64,000 nucleotides of DNA from an uncultured Gammaproteobacteria bacterium (GTDB lineage Bacteria; Patescibacteriota; Patescibacteriia; SBBC01; CAIJZX01): NCBI GenBank assembly GCA_964383765.1, contig CAYLHT010000001.1, positions 100,998 to 164,997 on the forward strand. Direction: 5' to 3'. Each line of letters starts with the position of its first letter. Within the stretch, counting starts at the first letter, position 1. Shown here piece after piece: positions 17,577-27,550 of this stretch. The notes beneath the pieces are model-generated. The model worked only from the letters and a program-made list of their open reading frames with translations. It did not search any database and was not told where the DNA came from. Both the position numbers and the translations under genes were made by a program.

Positions 17577-18312
17577 GTTCGTTCGGCTTTTTCGAAACCA
17601 TCCAGGTTGCTTCAAACATTGTCCGAAACCCGTCGGCAATCGCTTTATCGGTAATCACCAGCATGTACCGTTTAGGATTTGAGAACAGTGCCACCGAATC
17701 ATTCCAGAGGGAGATGTCGATGTCGAAGTTCATGTTTTTTGGCAGAATCCGTATTTCTCGATGCGGGGATTTCGTGACTTGAGCGAACTGAATACTCTCC
17801 GGCGTGGCTGGGTGGATTTCCCGTTGCCGTTGAACCACCCCTTTTTCGAGTTGACGTACTGATTTGGTTTCTAGGTCGGGAAAAAGCTTTAAGGTATCCA
17901 GGTAATGCGAAATGTACAAGTTCTCTTCAGCTTGAAAGGTTTCTTCGACCCAGACTCGCTCGATATCTTTGAGTTGGTCAAAGTATCGGATCAAGGGTTT
18001 TTTGCCATCGCGGTTTTCTAAAGCGCGCAAATGTGGCAAGAGCTCTCTAACGGCTTGCTCTTGTTGCTGGGCGCGTTGCAAAAGACGAGAGGGTGGATCC
18101 GGTGCGTACACCTGCTTCTTCCCTCGCGGCACGAGTCCGACGAGTTGTTTCCGTCGCAACGACTCCAGGTCAAGATAGATGGTTGGTCGTTTGAATCCCG
18201 TCCTTTTGGCGAGCGACAACGGTGTCCCTTCACCCAATTCCAGCAGAGAAGTGTAGATTTGGGCCTCGCGTGGCGTCAGGTTGAGTTCGGTTAGCGCTTC
18301 TTGAAGTTGCAT
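17539..18312 (-). CDS. TrmB-family transcriptional regulator
   Basis: 257 aa with an N-terminal wHTH (LTPREAQIYTSLLELGEGTPLSLAKRTG) plus a C-terminal TrmB-like domain. A paralogue lies at 24725-25492. Confidence 0.65.
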   Translation of the reverse strand: MQLQEALTELNLTPREAQIYTSLLELGEGTPLSLAKRTGFKRPTIYLDLESLRRKQLVGLVPRGKKQVYAPDPPSRLLQRAQQQEQAVRELLPHLRALENRDGKKPLIRYFDQLKDIERVWVEETFQAEENLYISHYLDTLKLFPDLETKSVRQLEKGVVQRQREIHPATPESIQFAQVTKSPHREIRILPKNMNFDIDISLWNDSVALFSNPKRYMLVITDKAIADGFRTMFEATWMVSKKPNELTQPATQRRRGA

Positions 18313-18501
18313 AAGAATAGTTTATCAGGAAATTAAATATATGTCAATAGTTGTGACAAAAAAATAAACTACTCTGAATATTGGCTAAGAATAGATAACA
18401 AAAAATTATTTTATAGTCAATAATCTTGACTAAATACTCATTTTAGGATATTATTGCTGGCTCTTGAAGTTAATCACGGACCTTACAACTGGAGAAAGAA
18501 T

Positions 18502-18687
18502 ATGTTCCACCTCATTGGACTTGGGCTTATTGCCTACTGGGCGGTGACGTTGCTCTATTTTGTCTACAACCAGCCCAAGATTGAGTGGCAGCGACTTTGT
18601 GCCACGAGTTTCTTTGGGTGTTTTGGGCTTCTCGTGCTGATCGTTGGAATCGGGCTATCCATCACCGGAAATTTTCCACCACACTAA
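18502..18687 (+). CDS. Small 2-TM membrane protein
   Basis: RBS GGAGAAAG precedes an ATG; 61 aa with two hydrophobic helices. Confidence 0.45.
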   Translation: MFHLIGLGLIAYWAVTLLYFVYNQPKIEWQRLCATSFFGCFGLLVLIVGIGLSITGNFPPH

Positions 18688-18697
18688 CGGAGGAAAT

Positions 18698-19111
18698 ATG
18701 ATCAGAGTCCTCGCTGTTTTGATCGGGCTTGCACTGTTGGGGCTCGAAGTGAGAGTGTTCATACAGATGGACCAAGGGAACAGACAGCTGATTCGTGAAT
18801 ACCGAACTTGGGAGGCGAGCATCCAAGATGTCACAGTTCAGCAAAAGACCGAGATCGTGACTGGTCCTCAACGCGGCTGGGATCAATTCCGCATAACGCT
18901 TGAGTACGACCGTCTTCCAAGCCCAGGCGCGCAAGAATGGCAACACTACTATCCGCCCGGACCGGTCAAAGCCTTCGACATCGCCGACCGCCATGCATGG
19001 GATGAGTTGAGGATCGGCGGACGATATCGGATGCGCTATTCTGAACTGGTTAGCGACCTGTGGGCTGAGGGCTCGAAGGACACAATTCCTCTACTTCCAG
19101 TCAGAGAGTAG
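18698..19111 (+). CDS. Hypothetical exported/membrane-anchored protein
   Basis: RBS GGAGGAAAT precedes an ATG; 137 aa with an N-terminal hydrophobic helix. Confidence 0.45.
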   Translation: MIRVLAVLIGLALLGLEVRVFIQMDQGNRQLIREYRTWEASIQDVTVQQKTEIVTGPQRGWDQFRITLEYDRLPSPGAQEWQHYYPPGPVKAFDIADRHAWDELRIGGRYRMRYSELVSDLWAEGSKDTIPLLPVRE

Positions 19112-19168
19112 AACCTTGACCATGCCGCTGGGCTGAAGAATCCAGATCGAGACACAAGAGGTTGACCA

Positions 19169-19336
19169 TGAACATCCAACACGCCCTTCGTCATATCTTT
19201 GTTGATACATTGGTAGGGCAAGTGACGTTTAACTTCTTGTACTTTGCCGCCTTGTGGTGGCTTGGTCGAGGCAATAAGGAGTTCGACCGGATTCGTCTGT
19301 TACACGAAGGCCGTGTCCGGCATGATGAAGATTAAG
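19169..19336 (+). CDS. Small hypothetical protein (55 aa)
   Basis: AAGAGG RBS before the ATG. A hairpin CCAGTTGT..CAACTGG plus TTTTTCTTTTT follows about 40 nt after the stop. Not in the ORF track because it is under 60 aa. Confidence 0.3.
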
Positions 19337-19349
19337 AAATGGGTTTGCC

Positions 19350-19385
19350 AGTTGTCCCTCAACAACTGGTTTTTCTTTTTGAAAA
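19350..19385 (+). terminator. Rho-independent terminator
   Basis: A 7-bp stem CCAGTTG/CAACTGG is followed by a T-rich tract. Confidence 0.45.
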
Positions 19386-19407
19386 AGACCACCCAGGCTA
19401 AGGATGG

Positions 19408-19682
19408 TCAGGACTGCGGACCACGGACGCTGGTATACCAGTCAACGAACTTCTGGAAAGCCCGGGCTGCGTACGAATCCAGAACCGTGTCTGGCGTGGT
19501 CGTGAGCGCTGACAGTAGATGGTCGTGGGCGAGCGCATTGTAGAGCGTAGTCGTACGCCGCTGGAGTGATTCTCTGAAGTACGCTTGATCAGGAATGGAC
19601 GTTGAGTCCTGTTTGATGTATTCCTGAAACCTCAGGATATCCCTAAAGGTCACGCTTTTCGGGGGAGGCATCGTTTGGGTCT
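19408..19682 (-). CDS. Hypothetical protein (91 aa), second gene of a two-gene GC-rich operon
   Basis: An ATG at 19680-19682 is preceded by AGGAGA, with a 12-nt gap from the upstream gene. Confidence 0.45.
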
Positions 19683-19693
19683 CCTGTGAAGAG

Positions 19694-20128
19694 CTAACTC
19701 CACGGCCAGATATTCGTAGACTCGGCTGAGAGACGTTCCGCGCCCCGCACACGCCCTTGTTTGAGCATGAGTTCGGGTCGAACGAACGCGTCGAGTTGCA
19801 GCAAGCTGCGGAGCAAAACGACCAGCTGTGCTTTCGTTACTCCGAAGTCACAACCCGCGCATATCAAGCGCCGGTCCAACGGGTAACTCCCGGTGGCGGA
19901 AATCAGATGTCCTTGCCAGCGCGACCGAACCCAATGCGCAAAGTGGGTGGCCTCGACCGGACAATCCACATGTCCGATGACGATGGCACCGTTGGTTCGA
20001 TCTAGCGGGAGAATCGACTCTGATACAGCCAGCACAGGCTGCCACATGAAGTGAGCCAGGGGCTCGACCTTGGGCCGGAGGAATCCAGCCCGTTCAGCGA
20101 AGCGGTCAAGATAGACCACGTTGGGCAT
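19694..20128 (-). CDS. Hypothetical protein (144 aa), first gene of a two-gene GC-rich operon
   Basis: An internal ATG at 20126-20128 is preceded by AAGGAGGA 4 nt upstream. MPNVVYLDRF...IGHVDCPVEATHFAHW has possible metal-binding His/Cys residues but no recognised family. Confidence 0.5.
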   Translation of the reverse strand: MPNVVYLDRFAERAGFLRPKVEPLAHFMWQPVLAVSESILPLDRTNGAIVIGHVDCPVEATHFAHWVRSRWQGHLISATGSYPLDRRLICAGCDFGVTKAQLVVLLRSLLQLDAFVRPELMLKQGRVRGAERLSAESTNIWPWS

Positions 20129-20297
20129 AGGTCCTCCTTGGAAAAGGGGCGACGGACTGACCATCTGTATCAAGTCCGTGTTCACCCGTCAAGTTCAGCC
20201 AAGATTTTTCTTGACACCCACCGCAGGGTTTGGTAGTCTGGTTCTACGACCAATACTTGACTGTATTGGTGATTTGACTATTCACCTTTCGCCGTCC

Positions 20298-21692
20298 ATG
20301 GCCCAATCCGACCTCAAACAAGCGATTCAGGAAATCTGCCAAGAGAAAAATATCCCGTACGACTCGGTGATTGAAACGATCGCGGCCGCTTTAGCCGTCG
20401 CCTATCGGAAAGACTTTGGTGAGAAGAATCAAAATATCGTGGTTGATTTTCATCCAGAAGACGGGACCAATCGGGTCTGGGATGTGAAGACGGTCGTTGA
20501 CGACAAACTTTACGATGAGTTTTTGGCTGAACAGAAAGACCGTGAGCAAGCTGAAGCCGATGGCAAACTGGAAGAATACTTGGAGAAGAAACGACAAGAA
20601 GAAGAGGCGAAGCGCACTGCGATGATGGCCCCCTCGGCGTCGCCGAGTGGCGCCGCCACTCCCCCTGGGTCCCCCCCGGTGCCCCCCCTTGTTCAAGGGG
20701 GGGAGACAGGGGGGGTAGAAGAGCGCTTTGATCCGAAAAAGCATATTGCTTTGACGGAAGCGAAAAAGCTCGACAAAAAACATGAACTCGGCGATGAAAT
20801 TAAGACCGAATTATTTCCGCCAGCGGCGTATGGCCGGATGGCTGCTCAAACCGCCAAACAAGTCATCATCCAGCGCATCCGCGAAGCCGAACGCGACACC
20901 GTCTACAAAGAATTCAAGGGTCGTGAAGGTGAAATGCTGACAGCTATGATCCAACGAGTCGAAGGTCGGATGGTGTTGATTGATTTGGGTCACGCGACGG
21001 CCATCATGCCGCCGCCGGAGCAGATTGAACGTGAACACTACCGACCGGGCGATCGCGTGAAAGTCTACATTTCGACGGTCAACATGACGCCCAAAGGCCC
21101 GGAAATTGTGGTGTCGCGCACCCATCCGGAAGTTGTCCGACAACTCTTTACGGTGGAAGTGCCAGAACTGCAAAACGGTTCAGTCCAGATTAAAGGTATT
21201 GCCCGTGAAGCTGGACTGCGCACCAAAATTGCCGTCTGGTCAGAAACCAAGAACATCGATCCGGTTGGCTCACTGGTCGGTCAACGTGGCACGCGCGTCC
21301 AAACCGTGATTTCAGAGCTCGGCGGCGAAAAAATCGATATTATTGAATGGTCTGATGACCCGGTGAAATTTATCACCAATGCCTTGTCACCGGCCAAAGT
21401 CATCTCGATTAAACTCGATCAAACCAACCATGCCTGCACGGTCGAAGTTAAAGACGACCAACTCTCACTCGCCATCGGAAAAGCCGGACAGAATGTCCGC
21501 CTCGCGGCAAAGCTGACCGGCTGGAAAATCGACTTAGTCGGTGAATCCGGCGCCACGCCGGAGTCGGTGACGACTGAGGGCGGCGAGACCGGTGAAGCTG
21601 CCAAAACTGAAACTCCCGCGGCCGAGTCGACTGAAGCTCCTCCTGAAACTCCAGCCGAGGAAACAAAGCCAGAAGCAGAAACAACTGCCTAA
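20298..21692 (+). CDS. nusA: Transcription termination/antitermination factor NusA (with Pro/Gly-rich insertion and acidic C-terminal tail)
   Basis: An N-terminal NusA domain (MAQSDLKQAIQEICQEKNIPYD...), an S1 domain and two KH domains (GQRGTRVQTVISELGGEKIDII; IGKAGQNVRLAAKLTGWKIDLV). Confidence 0.9.
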   Translation: MAQSDLKQAIQEICQEKNIPYDSVIETIAAALAVAYRKDFGEKNQNIVVDFHPEDGTNRVWDVKTVVDDKLYDEFLAEQKDREQAEADGKLEEYLEKKRQEEEAKRTAMMAPSASPSGAATPPGSPPVPPLVQGGETGGVEERFDPKKHIALTEAKKLDKKHELGDEIKTELFPPAAYGRMAAQTAKQVIIQRIREAERDTVYKEFKGREGEMLTAMIQRVEGRMVLIDLGHATAIMPPPEQIEREHYRPGDRVKVYISTVNMTPKGPEIVVSRTHPEVVRQLFTVEVPELQNGSVQIKGIAREAGLRTKIAVWSETKNIDPVGSLVGQRGTRVQTVISELGGEKIDIIEWSDDPVKFITNALSPAKVISIKLDQTNHACTVEVKDDQLSLAIGKAGQNVRLAAKLTGWKIDLVGESGATPESVTTEGGETGEAAKTETPAAESTEAPPETPAEETKPEAETTA

Positions 21693-21725
21693 TACTTTTA
21701 CACGAATTACTGATTACACGATCGT

Positions 21726-23795
21726 ATGTCATTTCTCTACTTCAGTCTCGTCGTCAGTTTACTCGGTTTAGCCGCTACCTGGGTGCTGGTGCGACTCGTG
21801 AACAAACACCCGGACGGTAATGAGCAAATGCAAAAAGTCGCCAGTGCGATTCGTTCAGGCGCGAATGCGTTTTTGAAGCGTCAGTACACCACCATCGGTT
21901 GGATCGCAGCCGGCGTCGCGGCCTTGATAGCAATTGTCTACACGGCCACTGGTAAACCGACGGAAGCCTGGCACACTGCTTCAGCGTTTTTGCTCGGTGC
22001 GATTGCTTCGGGCATCGCCGGATATATGGGCATGTACGTCTCGGTTCGCGCCAACGGTAAAGTCGCGGCTGCGGCTGATCGTCAGAGCTTAAATGGTGCG
22101 ATGTCCATAGCCTTACGCGCCGGCGCAGTTGAAGGCGTGCTCGTGTCTTCGCTATCACTGCTTGGTTTATCTGCATTATTCTTGTTCTACCGCCAAGTTT
22201 TGCACGTCGATCCGCGCGAAATTCCGGGCGCGATTATTGGTTTCGGTTTCGGCGCATCACTTGTAGCCTTGTTTGCCCAACTCGGCGGCGGTATTTATAC
22301 CAAGGCCGCTGACGTCGGTGCTGACTTGGTTGGAAAAGTTGAAGCTGGAATTCCGGAAGATGACCCACGTAACCCGGCCGTGATCGCTGACTTGGTCGGT
22401 GATAACGTGGGTGACTGCGCTGGTCGCGGAGCCGACTTGTTTGAATCGACGGCAGCGGAAAATATCGGCGCCATGATTCTCGGGGTGGCTTTGTTCTTCC
22501 CATTTGGATTAAACGGCATGCTGTTCCCGTTGGTAGTGCAAGCAGCAGGCATGATTGCCTCATTCATCGGCGTGTTCTCGGTCAAGGCTAAAGAAAACGA
22601 AGATCCGATGTCCGCTTTGAATCGCGGCTACTACATCACGGCCGCGCTCGGCGTGGTGGCGCTGTATCTCGTCACAAAGTTTATGCTGGGCGATCATGCC
22701 ATGTGGTTTTTCGCGGCTGGCGTGGTCGGGGTGTTGATGGGCGTGGCCTTTCTGCTCTTGACCCAGTACTACACAGATCATAAATTCCGACCAGTCATGT
22801 CGATCGCCCGCGCCAGTGAAACCGGTCCGGCTACGAATATCATCGCCGGGCTCGCCGTTGGTTTCGAAAACGTGGCCTTGCCGGTGCTCGTCATTGGTCT
22901 GGCTCTATTTGGTTCGTTCTGGTTCGGTGAAAAATCCGGATTAGCGCATGGCGGATTGTATGGCACGGCCGTGGCGACGATCGGCATGCTCGTGACCTCG
23001 ATGTACGTCTTAGCCATGGACACCTTTGGTCCAATCACAGATAACGCAGGCGGGATTGTAGAAATGTCGAACGGTTCGGAAGCAACGCGAAAAATTACTG
23101 ACCGCTTGGACAGCGTTGGCAACACCACCAAGGCATTAACCAAAGGTTACGCTGTCGGTTCTGCCGCGCTGGCCGCATTCCTCTTATTCTCAGCGTATCT
23201 TGAACAGGTCCACATTACTGTTGTTGACCTGGCGAACATCAAAGTCTTCATCGGCGCGTTTATCGGCGCCATGTTGGTGTTCTTGTTCTCGTCGCTGGCG
23301 ATGCGCGCGGTTGGAAAATCCGCTGGCTATATTATTGAAGAAGTCCGCCGGCAATTCCGCGAGAAACCGGGCATTATGCAAGGTACCGACCAACCTGATT
23401 ACGGCCGGGCAGTCGATATCACGACCCGCGGTGCCTTGAAGAACATGGTGTTACCCGGCGCGATTGCGATCGCAGTGCCGATTCTGGTTGGTGTCATTCT
23501 TCGAGCAGAAGCTGCAGCCGGGATGTTGATGGTCGGCACGATCGCAGGTGTGATTATGGCTCTGGTCATGAATAACGCCGGCGGCGCCTGGGATAACGCC
23601 AAGAAGTTTATTGAATCTGGTGACTTCAAAGACTCGCAGGGCAACGTGCAAGCTAAGAAAACTCCGGTCCATGCGGCCGCCGTCGTCGGCGACACCGTTG
23701 GTGATCCCTTTAAAGATACTGCTGGGCCGAGCTTACATGTGTTAATTAAGTTACTGGCGACCCTGACACTGGTGTTGGCAGCGCTGTTTGTCTAG
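21726..23795 (+). CDS. hppA: Membrane-bound proton-translocating pyrophosphatase
   Basis: 689 aa and polytopic, with GGGIYTKAADVGADLVGKVE and DNVGDCAGRGADLFES, hallmark V-PPase motifs. Confidence 0.9.
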   Translation: MSFLYFSLVVSLLGLAATWVLVRLVNKHPDGNEQMQKVASAIRSGANAFLKRQYTTIGWIAAGVAALIAIVYTATGKPTEAWHTASAFLLGAIASGIAGYMGMYVSVRANGKVAAAADRQSLNGAMSIALRAGAVEGVLVSSLSLLGLSALFLFYRQVLHVDPREIPGAIIGFGFGASLVALFAQLGGGIYTKAADVGADLVGKVEAGIPEDDPRNPAVIADLVGDNVGDCAGRGADLFESTAAENIGAMILGVALFFPFGLNGMLFPLVVQAAGMIASFIGVFSVKAKENEDPMSALNRGYYITAALGVVALYLVTKFMLGDHAMWFFAAGVVGVLMGVAFLLLTQYYTDHKFRPVMSIARASETGPATNIIAGLAVGFENVALPVLVIGLALFGSFWFGEKSGLAHGGLYGTAVATIGMLVTSMYVLAMDTFGPITDNAGGIVEMSNGSEATRKITDRLDSVGNTTKALTKGYAVGSAALAAFLLFSAYLEQVHITVVDLANIKVFIGAFIGAMLVFLFSSLAMRAVGKSAGYIIEEVRRQFREKPGIMQGTDQPDYGRAVDITTRGALKNMVLPGAIAIAVPILVGVILRAEAAAGMLMVGTIAGVIMALVMNNAGGAWDNAKKFIESGDFKDSQGNVQAKKTPVHAAAVVGDTVGDPFKDTAGPSLHVLIKLLATLTLVLAALFV

Positions 23796-23808
23796 ACTTA
23801 TAAAAATG

Positions 23809-23845
23809 CGAGGCCGACCCATCGGGGCGTCGGCCTCTTGTTCAT
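23809..23845 (+). terminator. Rho-independent terminator of hppA
   Basis: Stem GAGGCCGAC/GTCGGCCTC followed by TTGTTCATTTT. Confidence 0.55.
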
Positions 23846-23854
23846 TTTCTCAAG

Positions 23855-24167
23855 CTACTCAGGTTGGTCTCGGACGGTCATCGTGCCCTGTCGGGACGTG
23901 ACATAGAACACTCCGCTAACCTCCTGCGCTTTAGGCCGATATCTCGCCATGCTCATGATACCGCGAGAGTGGCCAGTGAATTTGAACGACTTCCCATGTC
24001 GGTCAAGCCGCTCCAAAGAGCTCAAGGCGACGAAGAATTGTTCGCCATACTTGGTCAAGAAGACGACGAAGTGTCGGTGGTTCGGCTCTCCATCGAAGAG
24101 AGAAACTGCAAGGTCCCACTTCGACGGTCCGCTAACTAACTCGTACGTCGTTTCATCGAGTGCCATT
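23855..24167 (-). CDS. Hypothetical protein (105 aa)
   Basis: An ATG at 24165-24167 is preceded by GGAGGTG. The upstream part of the longer ORF is antisense-like junk. Confidence 0.45.
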
Positions 24168-24329
24168 CGGCACCTCCAAATCCACAACTTCGCACTTCTA
24201 CGGCGGCGACATGCCCTGCTCGGTTTCCCAAGGGTCCGATCATACGATCGGACAAGACAAGCTAGCACAATTTTAAGGTTTTTGTCAATGGATTGGAGGG
24301 AAGACTGTTGGCGGCGTTGTTTGTGTAAA

Positions 24330-24373
24330 TCTAAAAAGAAAAGCCGCGGTCGAGCCGAGCTCGACCGCGGCTG
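24330..24373 (-). terminator. Rho-independent terminator of the 24382-24582 gene
   Basis: On the minus strand a 13-bp stem GCCGCGGTCGAGC/GCTCGACCGCGGC is followed by TTTTCTTTTT. Confidence 0.6.
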
Positions 24374-24381
24374 TGTCATGA

Positions 24382-24582
24382 TCAGAAACCATAGAACGGC
24401 TGGTCTGAGGTGAAGAACTTCACCCGCGTTCTTCCCTGCCACAAGAAGTGAAGCAGGGTGAAGGACACAGCGAACAAAGTCATGGCCACCTTTGAGAAGC
24501 TCCACCCCATAAGGTGGGAGAGGGCCAGGGAGAGAAGAAGAACCACTCCGCTACAGATCAAGCTTATCGCCAGTCTTCTCAT
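24382..24582 (-). CDS. Small membrane protein (66 aa)
   Basis: A perfect SD AAAGGAGGTGA precedes the ATG; 2 TM helices; a terminator follows. Confidence 0.5.
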   Translation of the reverse strand: MRRLAISLICSGVVLLLSLALSHLMGWSFSKVAMTLFAVSFTLLHFLWQGRTRVKFFTSDQPFYGF

Positions 24583-24724
24583 GTCTATCTCACCTCCTTT
24601 TATAGAGTAAACAAGATTGTCAATTTACAATGACAGGTAATAATACTGTTCTTCATGCATAAGTCAACGACTTTTTATTAAGGTGTTGTAAAAAAATAAC
24701 AACTAATATATTCTAAGACTGATT

Positions 24725-25492
24725 ATGAAAGACCTAAGAAAAACGCTTTCCGGCATAGGCCTTGATCCCAAAGAGGCCGAAGTCCTGAGTATCTTGTTCA
24801 AAAGTGAAAGCGTCCGCGCCTCGGAAATCGCTCGCAAATCGCACCTGAATCGCTCGACAGCGTACGTCGTTATCAAATCGCTGCTCCACAAGGGGTTAGT
24901 CACGTCGAGTCAGAAATATGGTGTGACAGAGTTTAGCGCCATTGAACCTCGATTGCTGGTCAGTTATCTTGATCGTCAACAGCAAGCGCTGGAAGAGGAA
25001 AAAAATTCTGTGCAGCGTATTTTGCCGGAGCTGGAACAGCTCCGCGCTAATTTAGACGTGCTCCCCAAAGTAAGTTTTTTTGAAGGCCTCGAAGGCGTGA
25101 AACAAGCTTACGAAGACACGCTAGATAATAACCGGGGGAAGGTCATCTACGTTTTCAGTGGCCCCGACATTGTCTTTCAAGAAATGGGCGAAGACTATGT
25201 AAGTTACTACATAACTAAACGCACACGGCTCGGCATCCGCTCATTCCAAATTGCTCCTCGCACACCCGGTGGTGAAATCATACAATCTAAAGACAAAAAT
25301 GTTTTGCGGATAACAAAATTAATCCCCAAAGAATTTTCTTTTGATTCCGAGATGATCATCTATGATAACAAACTAGGGATATTCTCATTCGCCAAAGATA
25401 AACTCATGGCCGTGATTATTGAAGACCAATTGATTGTCAATACGATGATGGCGCTCTTTCGATACATCGACCAAACAATGAAGCCTAAATAG
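24725..25492 (+). CDS. TrmB-family transcriptional regulator (paralogue)
   Basis: 255 aa with the N-terminal wHTH LDPKEAEVLSILFKSESVRASEIARKSHLNRSTAYVVIKSL. Confidence 0.65.
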   Translation: MKDLRKTLSGIGLDPKEAEVLSILFKSESVRASEIARKSHLNRSTAYVVIKSLLHKGLVTSSQKYGVTEFSAIEPRLLVSYLDRQQQALEEEKNSVQRILPELEQLRANLDVLPKVSFFEGLEGVKQAYEDTLDNNRGKVIYVFSGPDIVFQEMGEDYVSYYITKRTRLGIRSFQIAPRTPGGEIIQSKDKNVLRITKLIPKEFSFDSEMIIYDNKLGIFSFAKDKLMAVIIEDQLIVNTMMALFRYIDQTMKPK

Positions 25493-25553
25493 TTTTGGTT
25501 CTCTTTGCTCAAGAATATCTCAAATGAGGTTGACATAATTAATGATTTGAATC

Positions 25554-25892
25554 ATGCGCCTCTTCCCCCGCAAATCGAAACAGACTCCCGGTGCATTTTA
25601 CTTCGGCGAATTCGACGACAAACCACTAGCACCATTCAGCATTAGCCTAGCCGAGTTCGGCGCGGACTTTTCCGGTGAGCCAGTACATTACCACGCTAAG
25701 AATCAGAAAGTATTTGTGACCCTTGAGGGTGAGGGCGTGTTGGAAGTGAACGGCCAGGAGGTGCCGATGACTCCCGAAAACATGATTCACATTGAACCGG
25801 GAGAACGGCACAGAATTGTTCGTGTGACCAAAGCACCGCTGAAGTTCATCGTGGTCCTTTCGGCCAAGGAGAACGATAAAGTTGTAGAATAG
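25554..25892 (+). CDS. Cupin domain protein
   Basis: 112 aa with the cupin motifs PVHYHAKNQKVFVTLEGEG and IHIEPGERHRI. Confidence 0.65.
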   Translation: MRLFPRKSKQTPGAFYFGEFDDKPLAPFSISLAEFGADFSGEPVHYHAKNQKVFVTLEGEGVLEVNGQEVPMTPENMIHIEPGERHRIVRVTKAPLKFIVVLSAKENDKVVE

Positions 25893-25960
25893 GTCGACCT
25901 GATTGCGCCGCAGCTAATCTCGACCTATACTACACACACTCAATCGAAGACTACTTTTCT

Positions 25961-26341
25961 ATGATGAAAGACTTTAAAACCTTTATCGCTCGCGGAAATG
26001 TGATTGATCTGGCCGTTGGCGTGATCATCGGCGGTGCTTTTGGAAAAATCGTGACCTCACTCGTGACCGACATCATCACCCCGGTGATTGGACTGATCAC
26101 CGGCGGCGTAGACCTGAGCGGACGACAAACCCGAATAGGGGGAACTGACGCGGCGCCGGTCTATATGCACTGGGGGTCGTTTATTCAATCGGCTGTTGAT
26201 TTTTTTATCATCGCCGTCGTGATTTTCTTGTTCGTCAAAGTCATCAATGCTATGCGTCAACCCACACCGGAGCCACCGCCGTCCATGACCAAGGACCAAG
26301 CGTTATTGACCGAAATCCGCGATGAGCTGAAACGGCGCTAG
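25961..26341 (+). CDS. mscL: Large-conductance mechanosensitive channel
   Basis: 126 aa with FKTFIARGNVIDLAVGVIIGGAFGKIVTSLVTDIITP, the canonical MscL N-terminus. Confidence 0.9.
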   Translation: MMKDFKTFIARGNVIDLAVGVIIGGAFGKIVTSLVTDIITPVIGLITGGVDLSGRQTRIGGTDAAPVYMHWGSFIQSAVDFFIIAVVIFLFVKVINAMRQPTPEPPPSMTKDQALLTEIRDELKRR

Positions 26342-26409
26342 GGCTGTTTGTTGACGTTTGACACCACACAAAAAAATCCAGTACACTCACCGACATCAAC
26401 CCACTCTCT

Positions 26410-27468
26410 ATGGCCGCCTCAACGACGAACTACATCGATAAGATCTTCACGACAGCTGTTGAGAAGGGTGCGTCTGATATCCATATTGTCGAGGGTTTAC
26501 CCCCGATTTTGCGTATCGACGGTGAGTTGCAAAAAGTTTCCGGTGAGCAACCGCTGACGCCAAAAGATACACTCGAGATCTGCTACAGTTTATTAGTCGA
26601 TTCTCAAAAGGAGGTCTTCGACGCCGAACGCGAACTTGATCTTGGGTACGAAATCAAGAACCTATCACGGTTCCGGGTCAACTTGCACTGGGAAAAGGGG
26701 AGCGCCGGCTTGGTGGCTCGGGTCATCTCCAATAAAATTCCGACCATGGAGGACCTCGGCATGCCGCCGATTACCTATGACCTGGTGCGCTTGAAACAGG
26801 GCTTGATTCTTGTCACCGGTCCAACCGGCATGGGCAAATCCACCACCTTGGCTGGCATGATTAACCTGATTAACTCCGAACGCTCAGCCCATATTGTGAC
26901 CTTGGAAGACCCGATTGAGTTCGTCTACAGTCCCAAGAAGTCGGTCATCAAGCAACGCCAGCTCGGAACGGACATGATGTCGTTCGCGCAAGGCTTGAAA
27001 CACGTTTTGCGCCAAGACCCGAACGTGATCATGGTCGGCGAAATGCGCGACTTGGAAACGATTGCTTCGACGATCACCTTAGCTGAAACTGGTCACTTAG
27101 TGTTAGCCACCTTGCATACCCTGAACGCCGCTCAAACGATTGACCGGATTATCGACGTCTTCCCACCGTACCAACAAGCCCAGGTGCGGTTACAGATTTC
27201 ATTGTTCTTGAAAGGCATTATTTCCCAACAGCTCCTACCCGGCGCCAATGGCGGACGGGTGGCTGCCCGGGAGGTTCTGATCAACTCCCCGGCCATTGCC
27301 AACTTGATCCGCGAGAACAAAGTCGCTCAGATTAAAACCGCGATTCAGACTAGCGCCGAGGACGGGATGTTCACCATGGATCAAAATATCAAAAAACTCT
27401 TCGGCGACAACATCATCTCGGAAGAGACGGCGTTGGCCTATATGGTCAATCCGTCTGAATTGAAGTAG
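26410..27468 (+). CDS. pilT: Type IV pilus retraction ATPase PilT
   Basis: 352 aa with Walker A GPTGMGKSTT, the Asp box, Walker B and His box typical of PilT. Confidence 0.85.
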   Translation: MAASTTNYIDKIFTTAVEKGASDIHIVEGLPPILRIDGELQKVSGEQPLTPKDTLEICYSLLVDSQKEVFDAERELDLGYEIKNLSRFRVNLHWEKGSAGLVARVISNKIPTMEDLGMPPITYDLVRLKQGLILVTGPTGMGKSTTLAGMINLINSERSAHIVTLEDPIEFVYSPKKSVIKQRQLGTDMMSFAQGLKHVLRQDPNVIMVGEMRDLETIASTITLAETGHLVLATLHTLNAAQTIDRIIDVFPPYQQAQVRLQISLFLKGIISQQLLPGANGGRVAAREVLINSPAIANLIRENKVAQIKTAIQTSAEDGMFTMDQNIKKLFGDNIISEETALAYMVNPSELK

Positions 27469-27550
27469 TCAGTACTTCCCTTTCAGAGATGACAGGGTGA
27501 TTTTGGATTGACATTTTTTTGAGTACCTGGTAGCGTCTCCTCTCGTTCAT

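Noticed and set aside
20121-20297. N-terminal extension of the nusA ORF
   Set aside because: It overlaps the divergent upstream gene region. The canonical NusA N-terminus MAQSDLKQAIQEI begins at 20298.
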